From assembly GCA_963974855.1 (NCBI GenBank), contig CAXBHV010000001.1, positions 1-35,369 of the forward strand: DNA of 35,369 bases. Direction: 5' to 3'. Positions 8,386-17,806 of this stretch are shown piece by piece. The notes beneath the pieces are model-generated. The model was not told the origin of the DNA and searched no databases. It saw only the letters and a program-made list of their open reading frames with translations. This stretch comes from an uncultured Rhodopirellula sp. (lineage in GTDB: Bacteria; Planctomycetota; Planctomycetia; Pirellulales; Pirellulaceae). The position numbers were made by a program, and so were the translations under genes. Positions within the stretch are counted from its first letter, which is position 1; the number at the start of each line of letters is the position of its first letter.

Positions 8386-10992
8386 TTACCAATCGCGGGC
8401 TGCTTTTTCTAACACGGCGGCCAAATAGGGAGCGGTGGCTCCCTTTTCCGATTCGGCGATGAGTTCGGGAGGGCCTTGGGCAACGATTTCGCCGCCTCCG
8501 ACTCCACCGCTTGGTCCAACGTCGATGATCCAATCACATGCGGCCAACAAGTCGAATTGATGCTCGATCACGATCACGGTGTTCCCGGCATCGACCAGCC
8601 GCTGCAGCACTTGCACCAACCGCTCGATGTCTTGGAAATGCAAGCCGGTCGTCGGTTCGTCTAACAAATAAAGCGTTCGTCCGGTGGAAACACGAGCGAG
8701 TTCCGTGCCGAGTTTAATCCGCTGAGCCTCGCCACCGCTGAGTGTCGTGCTCGATTGTCCGAGCCCGAGATAACCCAGTCCCACCGCTTGTAGTGAAGCG
8801 AGTTGACGGTGAATCCGCGGGACGTTCTCAAAGAACGCCGCTGCCTCATCAATACTCATCGCCAACACATCGGCAACCGAGGCTCCTTTGAAACGCACTT
8901 GCAAGGTTTGCCGATTGAACCGTTTACCACCACACCGCGTGCAAGTGACAAACAAGTCACTGAGAAAATTCATCTCAATGCGCTCCACACCGAGACCTTT
9001 ACAAAGCTCGCAACGCCCTGCAGCCGAGTTGAAACTGAATCGACTGGAGTTGAACCCGCGAGTTTTCGCTTCTCGCGTTGCGGCAAAAACTTTGCGTACC
9101 TCGTCTAAGACGCCCGAGTAGGTCGCCGGGCAACTGCGGGGACTGCGGCCGATCGGCGATTGGTCAATCGCGATCATCTTGTCGAGATACTCCACACCAC
9201 TGATCCCCGCGTGCGGTCCCGGGGTCTCGGATTTCAGCCCCAGGTAATCGGCAACCGCCGGAGCCAGCGTGTCATTGACCAACGAGCTTTTGCCGCTGCC
9301 GGATACCCCACTGACACCAATGAACAGTCCAACCGGGAATTTCGCAGTGACTTTTTTTAGATTATGAGTCTGGACATCGCGAAGTGTCAGCCACTGACCT
9401 TCAACAGGTTGGCGGCGTTCATCAGGCACCGGGACGCTTTTCGCCCCCGAGAGATATTGGCCCGTCAAACTTTTCGGATCATTCTCGACGTGAGCGGGCG
9501 TCCCGTGGCTGATGATTTTGCCTCCGAGTTCGCCGGCACCTTCGCCCATGTCAATCAGCACGTCGGCCGATCGCATCGTCGCTTCGTCATGCTCGACCAC
9601 CACGACGGTGTTGCCTTGATCGCGTAGATCGGTGATACAGCGAATCAATTGATCATGATCCGCCGGGTGCAAACCGATCGACGGTTCGTCCAAGACATAA
9701 CAGACGCCGACCAGTCCGCTGCCGATGCTGGTCGCCAACCGCACTCGCTGCAACTCACCGCCACTGAGCGAATCAGCGGATCGATCGAGCGTCAAGTACG
9801 TTACTCCGACACGCTTTAGGAACGCCAACCGCTTGCTGACTTCAGAGGTAATCGGTGCCGCGACGGCGGCATGCAGCGGCGAGAACGTTTTGTCGATTCC
9901 GGCAAACCAATCCGCGGTCTCTCCGAGTGGCATCCCGCAAACTTGATGAATCCCCATGCCATTGATCGTGACACTCAGGGCTTCTTTTCGAAGCCGGCCA
10001 CCGTGACAATCGGGGCACTCGGTGGTGTGATCATCCACGGTGATACGTCCAAGTCCGTCACAGGTTCGGCAAGCACCGTAGGGGCTGTTAAAACTAAACG
10101 TCCGTGGTTCAATCTCTTCGAAACTGGCACCACACTCGACACACGCCATCGCGGTGCTGTAGATCGATTCGTGCCAATCGCCCGCATCGTCTTGAATGAG
10201 CGACGATGCCAAACCACCGCCCAGTCGCAGTGCGAGCAGCACGCTATCTCGCAACCGCGAATCGGCTTCACCACGAATCACCAGCCGATCGATGACCGCT
10301 TCGATCGTATGATTTTTTCGCGGTGCCAGCTCCGGCACCTCTTCGAGCAAGTAGGTTTCGCCATCGACGCGGGCCCGGACCAGTCCAGCTTGTTGGATCG
10401 ATTCAAACACTTCGCGGTGCGCCCCGCGGCGGCCCCGCACCATCGGCGCCATAACGACCAACTTGGTTCCCGGAGCGAGCGCGGCAAGCGAATCGACAAT
10501 CGCATCGGGCGACTGTTTTGCGATCGCCGAGTTGCAGTGAGCACAATGCGGTACGCCGACCCGCGCGTACAGCAGTCGCATATAGTCATAGATTTCGCTG
10601 ATCGTGGCGACGGTGCTACGTCCGTTCGTCGAACCAGGCTTTTGGTCGATCGCCAATGTCGGTGCCAGCCCATCGATCGATTCCACATCAGGCCGTGGGA
10701 TCTGGTCCAAAAACTGCCTGGCGTACGCCGATAAGCTGTCGATGTATTGACGCTGGCCCTCGGCGAACAGCGTATCAAACGCCAACGAACTTTTGCCGCT
10801 GCCCGACACACCGGTGATCACGGTCAACGAGTTGTGAGGAATCTCGACATCAATGTTTTGCAGATTGTGTTCGCGCGCCCCTCGGATCCGAATGGCATCG
10901 TGCGATGCGGTTCGCTTTGATTTAGATGATGGTTTGGGCGTACGCTTGGACGGACGTGTCGAACGTTTTCGTGTTGTTGGTTTTGTTTTCAA
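8386..10992 (-). CDS. uvrA: Excinuclease ABC subunit A (shortened paralogue)
   Basis: GAREHNLQN, two GVSGSGKSSL Walker A motifs, LSGGELQR/LSGGEAQR, LDEP, zinc modules; TTG start overlaps the upstream stop (TTGA). Confidence 0.95.
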   Translation of the reverse strand: MKTKPTTRKRSTRPSKRTPKPSSKSKRTASHDAIRIRGAREHNLQNIDVEIPHNSLTVITGVSGSGKSSLAFDTLFAEGQRQYIDSLSAYARQFLDQIPRPDVESIDGLAPTLAIDQKPGSTNGRSTVATISEIYDYMRLLYARVGVPHCAHCNSAIAKQSPDAIVDSLAALAPGTKLVVMAPMVRGRRGAHREVFESIQQAGLVRARVDGETYLLEEVPELAPRKNHTIEAVIDRLVIRGEADSRLRDSVLLALRLGGGLASSLIQDDAGDWHESIYSTAMACVECGASFEEIEPRTFSFNSPYGACRTCDGLGRITVDDHTTECPDCHGGRLRKEALSVTINGMGIHQVCGMPLGETADWFAGIDKTFSPLHAAVAAPITSEVSKRLAFLKRVGVTYLTLDRSADSLSGGELQRVRLATSIGSGLVGVCYVLDEPSIGLHPADHDQLIRCITDLRDQGNTVVVVEHDEATMRSADVLIDMGEGAGELGGKIISHGTPAHVENDPKSLTGQYLSGAKSVPVPDERRQPVEGQWLTLRDVQTHNLKKVTAKFPVGLFIGVSGVSGSGKSSLVNDTLAPAVADYLGLKSETPGPHAGISGVEYLDKMIAIDQSPIGRSPRSCPATYSGVLDEVRKVFAATREAKTRGFNSSRFSFNSAAGRCELCKGLGVERIEMNFLSDLFVTCTRCGGKRFNRQTLQVRFKGASVADVLAMSIDEAAAFFENVPRIHRQLASLQAVGLGYLGLGQSSTTLSGGEAQRIKLGTELARVSTGRTLYLLDEPTTGLHFQDIERLVQVLQRLVDAGNTVIVIEHQFDLLAACDWIIDVGPSGGVGGGEIVAQGPPELIAESEKGATAPYLAAVLEKAARDW

Positions 10993-11957
10993 GGACGACG
11001 CTCAATCCACTTGTAGGCTCGTTTAGCATTTCCGGCAAAAAAGTTTCGTGTGGCGGTTTCGCCTTTTTGCATCGCGTACTGCATCACGATCTTTTGCAGC
11101 ACCGCGTATTCCGCAGCTCGCTCGCAAACCGGCCAATTGCTGCCGTAGATCACACGGTCGTCGCCAAACGCATTCCAAACGACGTCGATGTAGGGCCGGT
11201 AAAACGATAGCTCGCTGGGAACCGGTTGCCCGCTACGTGCCGCCCCTTCGACTAACCCCGAAATCTTGCAATACACATTCGGATACTGAGCAGCAATTTT
11301 GATACCGTCAACCCAGTCGCTCGGTGGGGCGTCCGTCGTAATGGCTACATTGGCAACGTGATTGAGCACGATTCGCAGCTCAGGTAACTCGCTCGCCAGC
11401 TTGGAAATCGCCGCGAGCGAATCGATGCCCCCGTTCACATCAAGCGACAAGTCATGCTGGGCGAGCACCGCCAACTTGGCCGCAGTCCCGTTTTGCAACA
11501 TGTCGCTGAGCTGCTTGGCAGAGATCCGAATCCCGCGAAACAGCGGGTTGGCGGCAAATCGCTTGACTTGATCTTCAAAATTGTCAGCCGCCGGGTCTAA
11601 GCGTCCCACGATGCCAACGATGAACGGATCGTCTTTGGCGAGATCCAAAAGCCAATCGTTGTCCTCGATCCACGCACTCGCTTCGACAATCACCGTCCCG
11701 TCGATTGGCCGTTCGGTCTTCAGTGCACGCAGATGCTGTGGCAAAACGGTTCGGTACAGCGACGAATTCTTGTTCGGCCACGGCACCCCCTGCGGACGCG
11801 ACGGATCATAAAAGTGCGTGTGACAATCGATGATTTGCAGATCCGCGATCGAATCGGACTGAATTCCGTCGGACTGAATTCCATCGGGCTGCTGGGCGTC
11901 GAGTGAACGGGTAAACAGACCGACCGCCAACAGAATGAGTGCGAGAAACCGTTTCAT
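10989..11957 (-). CDS. Amidohydrolase_2 family (L-fuconolactonase-like) with signal peptide
   Basis: IIDCHTHFYD, VLNHVA, NVYCKISGL, FGDDRVIYGSNWPV; start re-assigned to MKRFLALILL at 11957. Confidence 0.85.
   Translation of the reverse strand: MKRFLALILLAVGLFTRSLDAQQPDGIQSDGIQSDSIADLQIIDCHTHFYDPSRPQGVPWPNKNSSLYRTVLPQHLRALKTERPIDGTVIVEASAWIEDNDWLLDLAKDDPFIVGIVGRLDPAADNFEDQVKRFAANPLFRGIRISAKQLSDMLQNGTAAKLAVLAQHDLSLDVNGGIDSLAAISKLASELPELRIVLNHVANVAITTDAPPSDWVDGIKIAAQYPNVYCKISGLVEGAARSGQPVPSELSFYRPYIDVVWNAFGDDRVIYGSNWPVCERAAEYAVLQKIVMQYAMQKGETATRNFFAGNAKRAYKWIERRP
11854..11883 (-). repeat. 15-bp tandem duplication (DGIQS x2)
   Basis: tcggactgaattccg tcggactgaattcca. Confidence 0.8.
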
Positions 11958-12188
11958 AGGGAATGTGGAGATAAAAGGTTTACAGATTTTTTCAGGGCGA
12001 AATGCCAGATCCGCCCCCAACTTACCGCAGGATAACCTAAAGATATTTGTCGAGTGGTCGATCACGCCTCAGGCGACTAAGATTCGGCTTCCAAAGACTC
12101 GACCAACCGGAAAAATCAGGTACGCAGTGCAGATTACGCCGCAGAATTTAACGAACTTGTTTGACATTATTGGAATCGGTCTAGCCCA

Positions 12189-12197
12189 TGGTACAAT
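12189..12197 (+). promoter_or_regulatory. Extended -10 promoter candidate for dgt
   Basis: TGGTACAAT (TGn-TACAAT). Confidence 0.4.
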
Positions 12198-12316
12198 CCC
12201 CCGCAGTTTCGCAGTTTGCCCCCGAAGTTTCGCGGCTGGACAACGCACCTTCAGAATCGATCCACGCAACGTTGCAGACGATCTCCGCATTGGGCGAAAC
12301 CGAACGGAGGCATCCC

Positions 12317-13459
12317 TTGAACGGGCTTAGGCTGTACGACCAGAGCGAACATCTGCTGTTGGCGAGCTATGCGATGCATAGTGCCGATACAGAGGGGCGT
12401 CTGTATCCCGAGCCCACGCATCCCTATCGTGGCCCTTATGCTCGCGATCGCGATCGAATCCTGCACAGCAGTGCGTTTCGGCGACTGAGCGGCAAGATGC
12501 AGGTTTTTACGGGCGAGATGGGGATCTATCATCGCACCCGGCTGACGCATACGTTCGAGGTCGCGTCGGTTGCCCGCACGATGGCTCGCGTGCTGCGGTT
12601 GAACGAAGATTTGACCGAGGCGTTGGCGCTGATGCACGACATCGGGCATCCACCGTTTGGCCATTGCGGCGAAGATGTGCTGAGCGAACACATGTCGTCC
12701 GTTGGCGGGTTTTCGCACAACGAATTTGCCTTGGTGATCGTCAGCGAACTCGAGCAGCGGTACGTTGAATTCTCGGGACTGAATTTGTCGCGAGAAACGT
12801 TGGCTGGACAAGACGTGCGAGCTCACAAGGCCGAAGCGGCCGTGGGACGAGCCCCGCTGTTAGAAGTACAGCTCGTCGACGCGGCTGATTCGATCGCCTA
12901 TGACGCTCATGACGTTGACGATGCATTGCAGATGGGACTGCTCTCGATCGACGAACTCGCGGAACTCGCCATTGTTCGTCGAGCTCTCGATTTAATTCGA
13001 GATAAACGAGGCTTCATGCCTATCCATCAACTGCGTCAATCATTGGTTCACGAACTGATCGATCTGCAAGTCAGTGAGTTGGTCGAGGTGTCGAGCGAGA
13101 TGCTGCGTCAATACGAGGGGCATCACCACAACGACATCTGCGATTTGGGAGTCCGGTTCCGTCATGGCGAAACACTCCGTGCTGAGCGCCGGGAATTAGA
13201 AGCGTTCCTGTTTGACGCCGTGTACCGTCACCCTCGATTGATTCCCGTGCGAGATTCGGCGGCGAAACGGTTGAGCGAACTGTTTAGCGTATTGATCAAG
13301 GACCCCAGTCGTCTGCCGCTGCGATTCCGCCAACGCCAACAAGAACATCCGCTTGAAAAGGTCGTCGGCGAGTACTTGGCCGGGATGACCGATGCGTTTT
13401 GCGACCAGCAGCATCAATATGCGACTGGGTCGTCGCGAGGCCCCCTCGCAGACTGGTAG
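12317..13459 (+). CDS. dgt: dGTP triphosphohydrolase (HD family)
   Basis: RDRDRILHSSAFRRL..KMQV, RTRLTH, HDIGHPPFGH.GE, YLAGMTD; start likely TTG 12317 after GGAGG (12306-12310) rather than 12188. Confidence 0.9.
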   Translation: MNGLRLYDQSEHLLLASYAMHSADTEGRLYPEPTHPYRGPYARDRDRILHSSAFRRLSGKMQVFTGEMGIYHRTRLTHTFEVASVARTMARVLRLNEDLTEALALMHDIGHPPFGHCGEDVLSEHMSSVGGFSHNEFALVIVSELEQRYVEFSGLNLSRETLAGQDVRAHKAEAAVGRAPLLEVQLVDAADSIAYDAHDVDDALQMGLLSIDELAELAIVRRALDLIRDKRGFMPIHQLRQSLVHELIDLQVSELVEVSSEMLRQYEGHHHNDICDLGVRFRHGETLRAERRELEAFLFDAVYRHPRLIPVRDSAAKRLSELFSVLIKDPSRLPLRFRQRQQEHPLEKVVGEYLAGMTDAFCDQQHQYATGSSRGPLADW

Positions 13460-13635
13460 CAGTTGCGGATCAGAGAAAAGGTGCCGGTTAGAGAAAGTTT
13501 TCTCATTGCAGCGGTCATGCCGAGCCGATGAAGAAAACTGGAGTCTCGGTAGATGCTCTGCCAATCGCTTTACGCGGATTGCTTGCATCTGCCAGAACGG
13601 CCATCTTCGCACGACTTTTCTCAAAAGTAGCTGTT

Positions 13636-15117
13636 ATGAAAATGTCACCGACCTCACGGTCTTTGCTAGCAACCTCAAAAACATTGTGTACTGCGATCGT
13701 CGCGGTGGCACTCGCTTCATTGCTTGCAAATGATTTCAGTGTTCTTTCGCAAGCCGAGGGAGCCGAGAATCAGCTTCGGGCTAGGGCTTCTGGCCAATCG
13801 ATGGATCAGACGCGGGTGATGTGGGAACCCAAACGATCGGCAAAGCCGATGCCAAAGCGTCGATCGTTGGTATCTCAAGCGGCTCGCGGTAACGTGATTG
13901 ACGAAATGCCGAGCGAACCGTTGGTGGACGACCAAATTCGCCAAGCCGGGTTTTATGACGGCGGGTGTACTAACTGTGGTCCGGTTTGCGACTGTGGTGG
14001 CGAAGTCAGCTGCGGCGTCGAACCCGGTTGCGGATTCGAACCAGGCTGTGGGTTTGAGCCCGGTTGTGGTTTCGAAGTGGGGTGTGGCGCTGAATATGGC
14101 GATCCCGGCTGTGGAGTCGAAGCATGCCCTAGCTGCCATGGCGAACCGGTCTGCGGGATGGAATCAATTGGATATCACGACGCCAGCTGTGGTCTGGAAT
14201 CGATCAGTGGCGACTATTGTGACAGCTGTGGCGGCGGCGGTTGCAATTCATGCTGTGGCGTGCAAACGTATCCGTTGTTCTTGCCGCTGTTGCGAATCAA
14301 TTGGCACCGATTTGACTTTTTCGCCGGCGTCCAAGGATTCAAAGGTCCACTCAGTTTTGCCAATACCGATGGCGGCAACGGCCGTAGCCGTGTTGGATCG
14401 GGCAGCTTCGGTTTTTACGAAGGCTTCAATGAAGGGCGGTCGCTGAAACCGTTGTTTGGTTGGGATATGTCGTTGCAACTTGGTGTGCGAGCGACTCAGA
14501 ACAACCTCTCGGGTGCCGAGTTCACTACAGACCGACGTCATCAAGTGTTTGTCACGGGCGGATTTTTCCGACGCGTTGATTATGGTTTGCAGTACGGATT
14601 GGTCGTCGATTACATGAGCGACGATTGGTACTACCAAGCCGACTTGACTCAACTGCGAGGTGAATTGAGCTGGAAAGAAAACGGCTGTCACGTCTATGGA
14701 TTTCAGTTCATGTCAAGTCTTGGCGACGACAGCTCCGCGACATCGGTCCGCAATTCGGCTGGAGCCACGGTTCTCTCGAACATCAGCTTTGAATCCACCG
14801 ATCAATATCGATTCTTCTATCGCCGTATGCTTCACAATTCAGGATCGTGGGATGCGTTTGCCGGATGGACCAACAAAGACGATGGCATTCTCGGAACGAC
14901 GATGACGCTACCGCTGCGTCAGAAGTTGGCTCTTTCAACCGGAGCGACGTACTTGATACCCAACGAAGGAACCAACAGTACGGGGTACCAGGAAGAGTCG
15001 TGGAACATCGCAATCGGCTTGGTTTATCGTCCCGGCGGACCACGCGGAGCAGGCCGTTACAGCCGACCCATGTTTGACGTTGCTGACAACGGCACGTTCA
15101 TGGTGGATCGAAAATAA
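13636..15117 (+). CDS. Planctomycete DUF6666-like exported/outer-membrane protein
   Basis: Signal-like N-terminus, Cys/Gly-rich linker, FAGVQGFKGP...GSFGFYEGFN.G, TGGFFRR, C-terminal RPMFDVADNGTF. Confidence 0.7.
   Translation: MKMSPTSRSLLATSKTLCTAIVAVALASLLANDFSVLSQAEGAENQLRARASGQSMDQTRVMWEPKRSAKPMPKRRSLVSQAARGNVIDEMPSEPLVDDQIRQAGFYDGGCTNCGPVCDCGGEVSCGVEPGCGFEPGCGFEPGCGFEVGCGAEYGDPGCGVEACPSCHGEPVCGMESIGYHDASCGLESISGDYCDSCGGGGCNSCCGVQTYPLFLPLLRINWHRFDFFAGVQGFKGPLSFANTDGGNGRSRVGSGSFGFYEGFNEGRSLKPLFGWDMSLQLGVRATQNNLSGAEFTTDRRHQVFVTGGFFRRVDYGLQYGLVVDYMSDDWYYQADLTQLRGELSWKENGCHVYGFQFMSSLGDDSSATSVRNSAGATVLSNISFESTDQYRFFYRRMLHNSGSWDAFAGWTNKDDGILGTTMTLPLRQKLALSTGATYLIPNEGTNSTGYQEESWNIAIGLVYRPGGPRGAGRYSRPMFDVADNGTFMVDRK
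14011..14094 (+). repeat. Intragenic 18-bp-period repeat encoding CG(V/F)EPG units
   Basis: CGVEPG CGFEPG CGFEPG CGFEVG CGAE. Confidence 0.8.
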
Positions 15118-15150
15118 ACGTCCGCTGTTGTAACGCCAGTAGCCATCGTC

Positions 15151-15235
15151 GTAGGCCGGACCGCAGCATAGCGAAGTTCCGGCCTAGGGAATTTCTGATG
15201 TTGGAGAACGCGGGCGTCCCGAGACGTCCGGCGAC
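15151..15235. repeat. REP-like palindromes between convergent genes
   Basis: gtaggccgga...tccggccta (15151-15186) and cgggcgtcccgagacgtccggcgac (15211-15235, same family as 7561/7624). Confidence 0.6.
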
Positions 15236-15266
15236 TGTAGATGACAGACTGCAAGCCTATCCCACA

Positions 15267-16163
15267 TTACTCGGCCAAGTAGGCGGACAATGTTCGCTTC
15301 GGAGTTGGCAGTTTTAGCAGCGGCGCGAACGACGCGGTGTCTTCATCAACACTGACAAACAGTTCGGCGAGGCTTGCTTGATCGCCTTGAGTCAATCGCT
15401 CGTAGCCTCTGACGAACTCGGCCTTCTCGTTCCAGTCTTCGTCGCTGCATGAAGGCAGTAGCGATGCCAATGCAACGCATGCTCCACCACGAGCGGCGTC
15501 GCCTTGTCCAAGCAACGAATCAAGTTGAGTGTGCTGTGCGATCAAGGTCACAAAGTCCTTGGGCAGACTCCAGCGATTTGCCAACAGTGCAGCGGCATCG
15601 GCATGGTCCCAGCCGAACAATTCTTGCTCAAGTCCGCTCAGACGTCGACCTTCGGCCGCACGTCGCTCGACAAGCGACTGGTACTGTTCAGGTAGTTCCT
15701 TCAACAGCAACGGAATCGCCATATCTTGTAGCAGTGCTCCAGCGAACAAGTCTTCGGCGTTTTCGACTTTCAGCGAACGCCCAAGCTTGCGTGCCAAGAT
15801 TGCACGACGCAGTGAGTCTTGCCAAAGCGACTTCAAATCGAACGGACCAAATTTTGGATTCGGAATTACGCTGAACACGGCGTTCCACAAAGCAAAGTTG
15901 GTGATCGCCCGACTTCCCACCAATGTCAACGCTTGCTGCACGCTCATGATCTCGCGGCTGAAACCAAAGTACGACGAGTTCACAAACTTCAGTACTTGGC
16001 CCATCAAACCAGGATCCGCCTCGATTGGCTTAGCAAATTCGGGTGGCCCCACGTCATCTCGCTGTGAAAGCTGAAGCAGCGCGATCGCGCTGTGCGGAAG
16101 TGCGGGCAACACGTCCGAGTGGAAGACATCTTCGAGAGCAGTGGTATTGATGACGGTCGACAT
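15267..16163 (-). CDS. HDOD domain protein
   Basis: LPALP, IEADPGL...VLKFVNSSYFG..REIMSVQQALTLVG, GALLQDMA, ELFGWDHA, RWSLP. Confidence 0.9.
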   Translation of the reverse strand: MSTVINTTALEDVFHSDVLPALPHSAIALLQLSQRDDVGPPEFAKPIEADPGLMGQVLKFVNSSYFGFSREIMSVQQALTLVGSRAITNFALWNAVFSVIPNPKFGPFDLKSLWQDSLRRAILARKLGRSLKVENAEDLFAGALLQDMAIPLLLKELPEQYQSLVERRAAEGRRLSGLEQELFGWDHADAAALLANRWSLPKDFVTLIAQHTQLDSLLGQGDAARGGACVALASLLPSCSDEDWNEKAEFVRGYERLTQGDQASLAELFVSVDEDTASFAPLLKLPTPKRTLSAYLAE

Positions 16164-16547
16164 GATTTTTTTGTGGGCTTGGGCCTAGGGATTTTTTCGT
16201 CGGGTGATTTCTGCGTTTGGCAAACGGAAAGATTCGCCTCTGAAACCTAGGCCAAGAATCGCTGGCGGGCAACGATTTTGTCAGGCCCAGATCAAGCAAC
16301 CAATGCGTGGGGCAAATAATCGTCAAATTCGCTACATGTCGCTGCACCTCGATGCACCCGGTCACACCCAGGACCGGTCACCAGGGGTGAATCGTGGCTG
16401 CAACAAAGGTTGCATTTTGGCATCGGGCGTTGACGAAAAAGAACTACGGAATCGCATGCGGCAGGAGTCAGGTGATCTGCCGTAAGTCGTTTCAGGTGAA
16501 TGGTTTGCGGTTAATTCGAGTGGGCTGGTTCCACACAATGGTTCGTT

Positions 16548-17069
16548 TTGTGCAACGTTGCTCCTTTCACTATGAGCAACTTTGGATTTAACAAAAACGA
16601 CGTTCGTCTGCTGAAGCATTGTCTGTGGGTCAATGCGAAGTGTGTTGCCATGATCGTGGCATTTGTGATCGTATTACGATTGACTCACGAGACTCCTGCT
16701 CATTCGATTGCGTCCATCCCAGTGGCACAGATGTCAGTGGCACAGATCCCCGTAACAGCGACATCGAGTGTGGTATCGACGTCCACGCTGACATCGGCAG
16801 AGGGGCGACCGCTGAATCCGATCCCACCGACTGGTTGGCGGCGAACCAATCGCGGCTGGGAACATACATCGTCGTGGCCGCAAACCAGCGGGTTGGGCCA
16901 AACGCATTCGATTAGCGAATTGATCGCGATGCAAGAGTCCCGCGAACCGAGGTGGCTAAATACCGTGCTCGGCCGAGTCGGCGGGATTCCACCGTTGATG
17001 ATCGCGGTGCTGCAGATCACCATGATCGCGGTAATCTTTAATGTTGCAAAGCCGAAAGCACGCGTCTAA
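16548..17069 (+). CDS. Hypothetical membrane protein
   Basis: Two hydrophobic segments and PTGWRRTNRGWE motif; start uncertain. Confidence 0.55.
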   Translation: MCNVAPFTMSNFGFNKNDVRLLKHCLWVNAKCVAMIVAFVIVLRLTHETPAHSIASIPVAQMSVAQIPVTATSSVVSTSTLTSAEGRPLNPIPPTGWRRTNRGWEHTSSWPQTSGLGQTHSISELIAMQESREPRWLNTVLGRVGGIPPLMIAVLQITMIAVIFNVAKPKARV

Positions 17070-17704
17070 CGCGGCACGGAATCTTCGACCGTGGCGACCT
17101 TCGCTTGCTGTGCAAACGCTTTGGCGGTCTTGTGCGATGCAATGCCGTCGACATTCACCACGTAGCCGCCCGAGCCTGCGACGGCGGCTTCAAAGCCGAG
17201 TATCGCGGTGGGATCAACCGCAGGATCCGTGAACATCACCGCGTCGTACAACATCATCATGTCGCCGTTGGTAAGCCGTTTTAACGCTTCGCCAACAACC
17301 GTTTGCTCGTGACTTGCGGACTGCTCAGCCGCAGGATCCTGTTGTCGTGGAATGCTCGCTTCGATAAAGGTTGCGAATTCAGTGACATCTTTAGGCGACC
17401 TTCCCTGCTCGGTTTGGAAGCGTTGATATTGGCTTGCCAATTCACTTAAACAGTCGCGTTTCAGTATGATCTCTTTGGCGGCCGAGTCGTCGCTACAGCC
17501 ACCAATGGCAAACCCTAACAATGTGGTGATCATGCAGAGCAAGATTGCTAGACGGCGATCGCTGATCGCATACAACGACGTCTCATCCGACAAAGGCACG
17601 TCGACAGTATTGCCACCGAAGCGGTCACCGCGGTCTGCCGCACCAGCATCAAGTTGAATTTCATTGGAAAGGGGATAGATCTGCATTAAATTTGCTGCCT
17701 GCAA
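17066..17704 (-). CDS. Hypothetical lipoprotein
   Basis: RRLAILL...LLGFAIGG-C lipobox-like segment; true start probably downstream of the called one. Confidence 0.6.
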   Translation of the reverse strand: MQAANLMQIYPLSNEIQLDAGAADRGDRFGGNTVDVPLSDETSLYAISDRRLAILLCMITTLLGFAIGGCSDDSAAKEIILKRDCLSELASQYQRFQTEQGRSPKDVTEFATFIEASIPRQQDPAAEQSASHEQTVVGEALKRLTNGDMMMLYDAVMFTDPAVDPTAILGFEAAVAGSGGYVVNVDGIASHKTAKAFAQQAKVATVEDSVPR

Positions 17705-17751
17705 AAAAAGGTGGCGAGTCGATGGTGGCGACGAGGATATTCGATGACGGC

Positions 17752-17791
17752 AAAAAAATAGCCCGGGCCAGCCGAAACGCCGCCCGGGCTA
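17752..17791 (-). terminator. Rho-independent terminator
   Basis: tagcccggg / cccgggcta stem with A7 on + (U-tract on -), just after the 17807 stop. Confidence 0.75.
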
Positions 17792-17806
17792 CTGTGAGCC
17801 GCTTTC

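Noticed and set aside
9871-10734. Long antisense ORFs (also 4858-5532, 27999-28799, 32636-33229)
   Set aside because: Shadows of real GC-rich genes on the opposite strand
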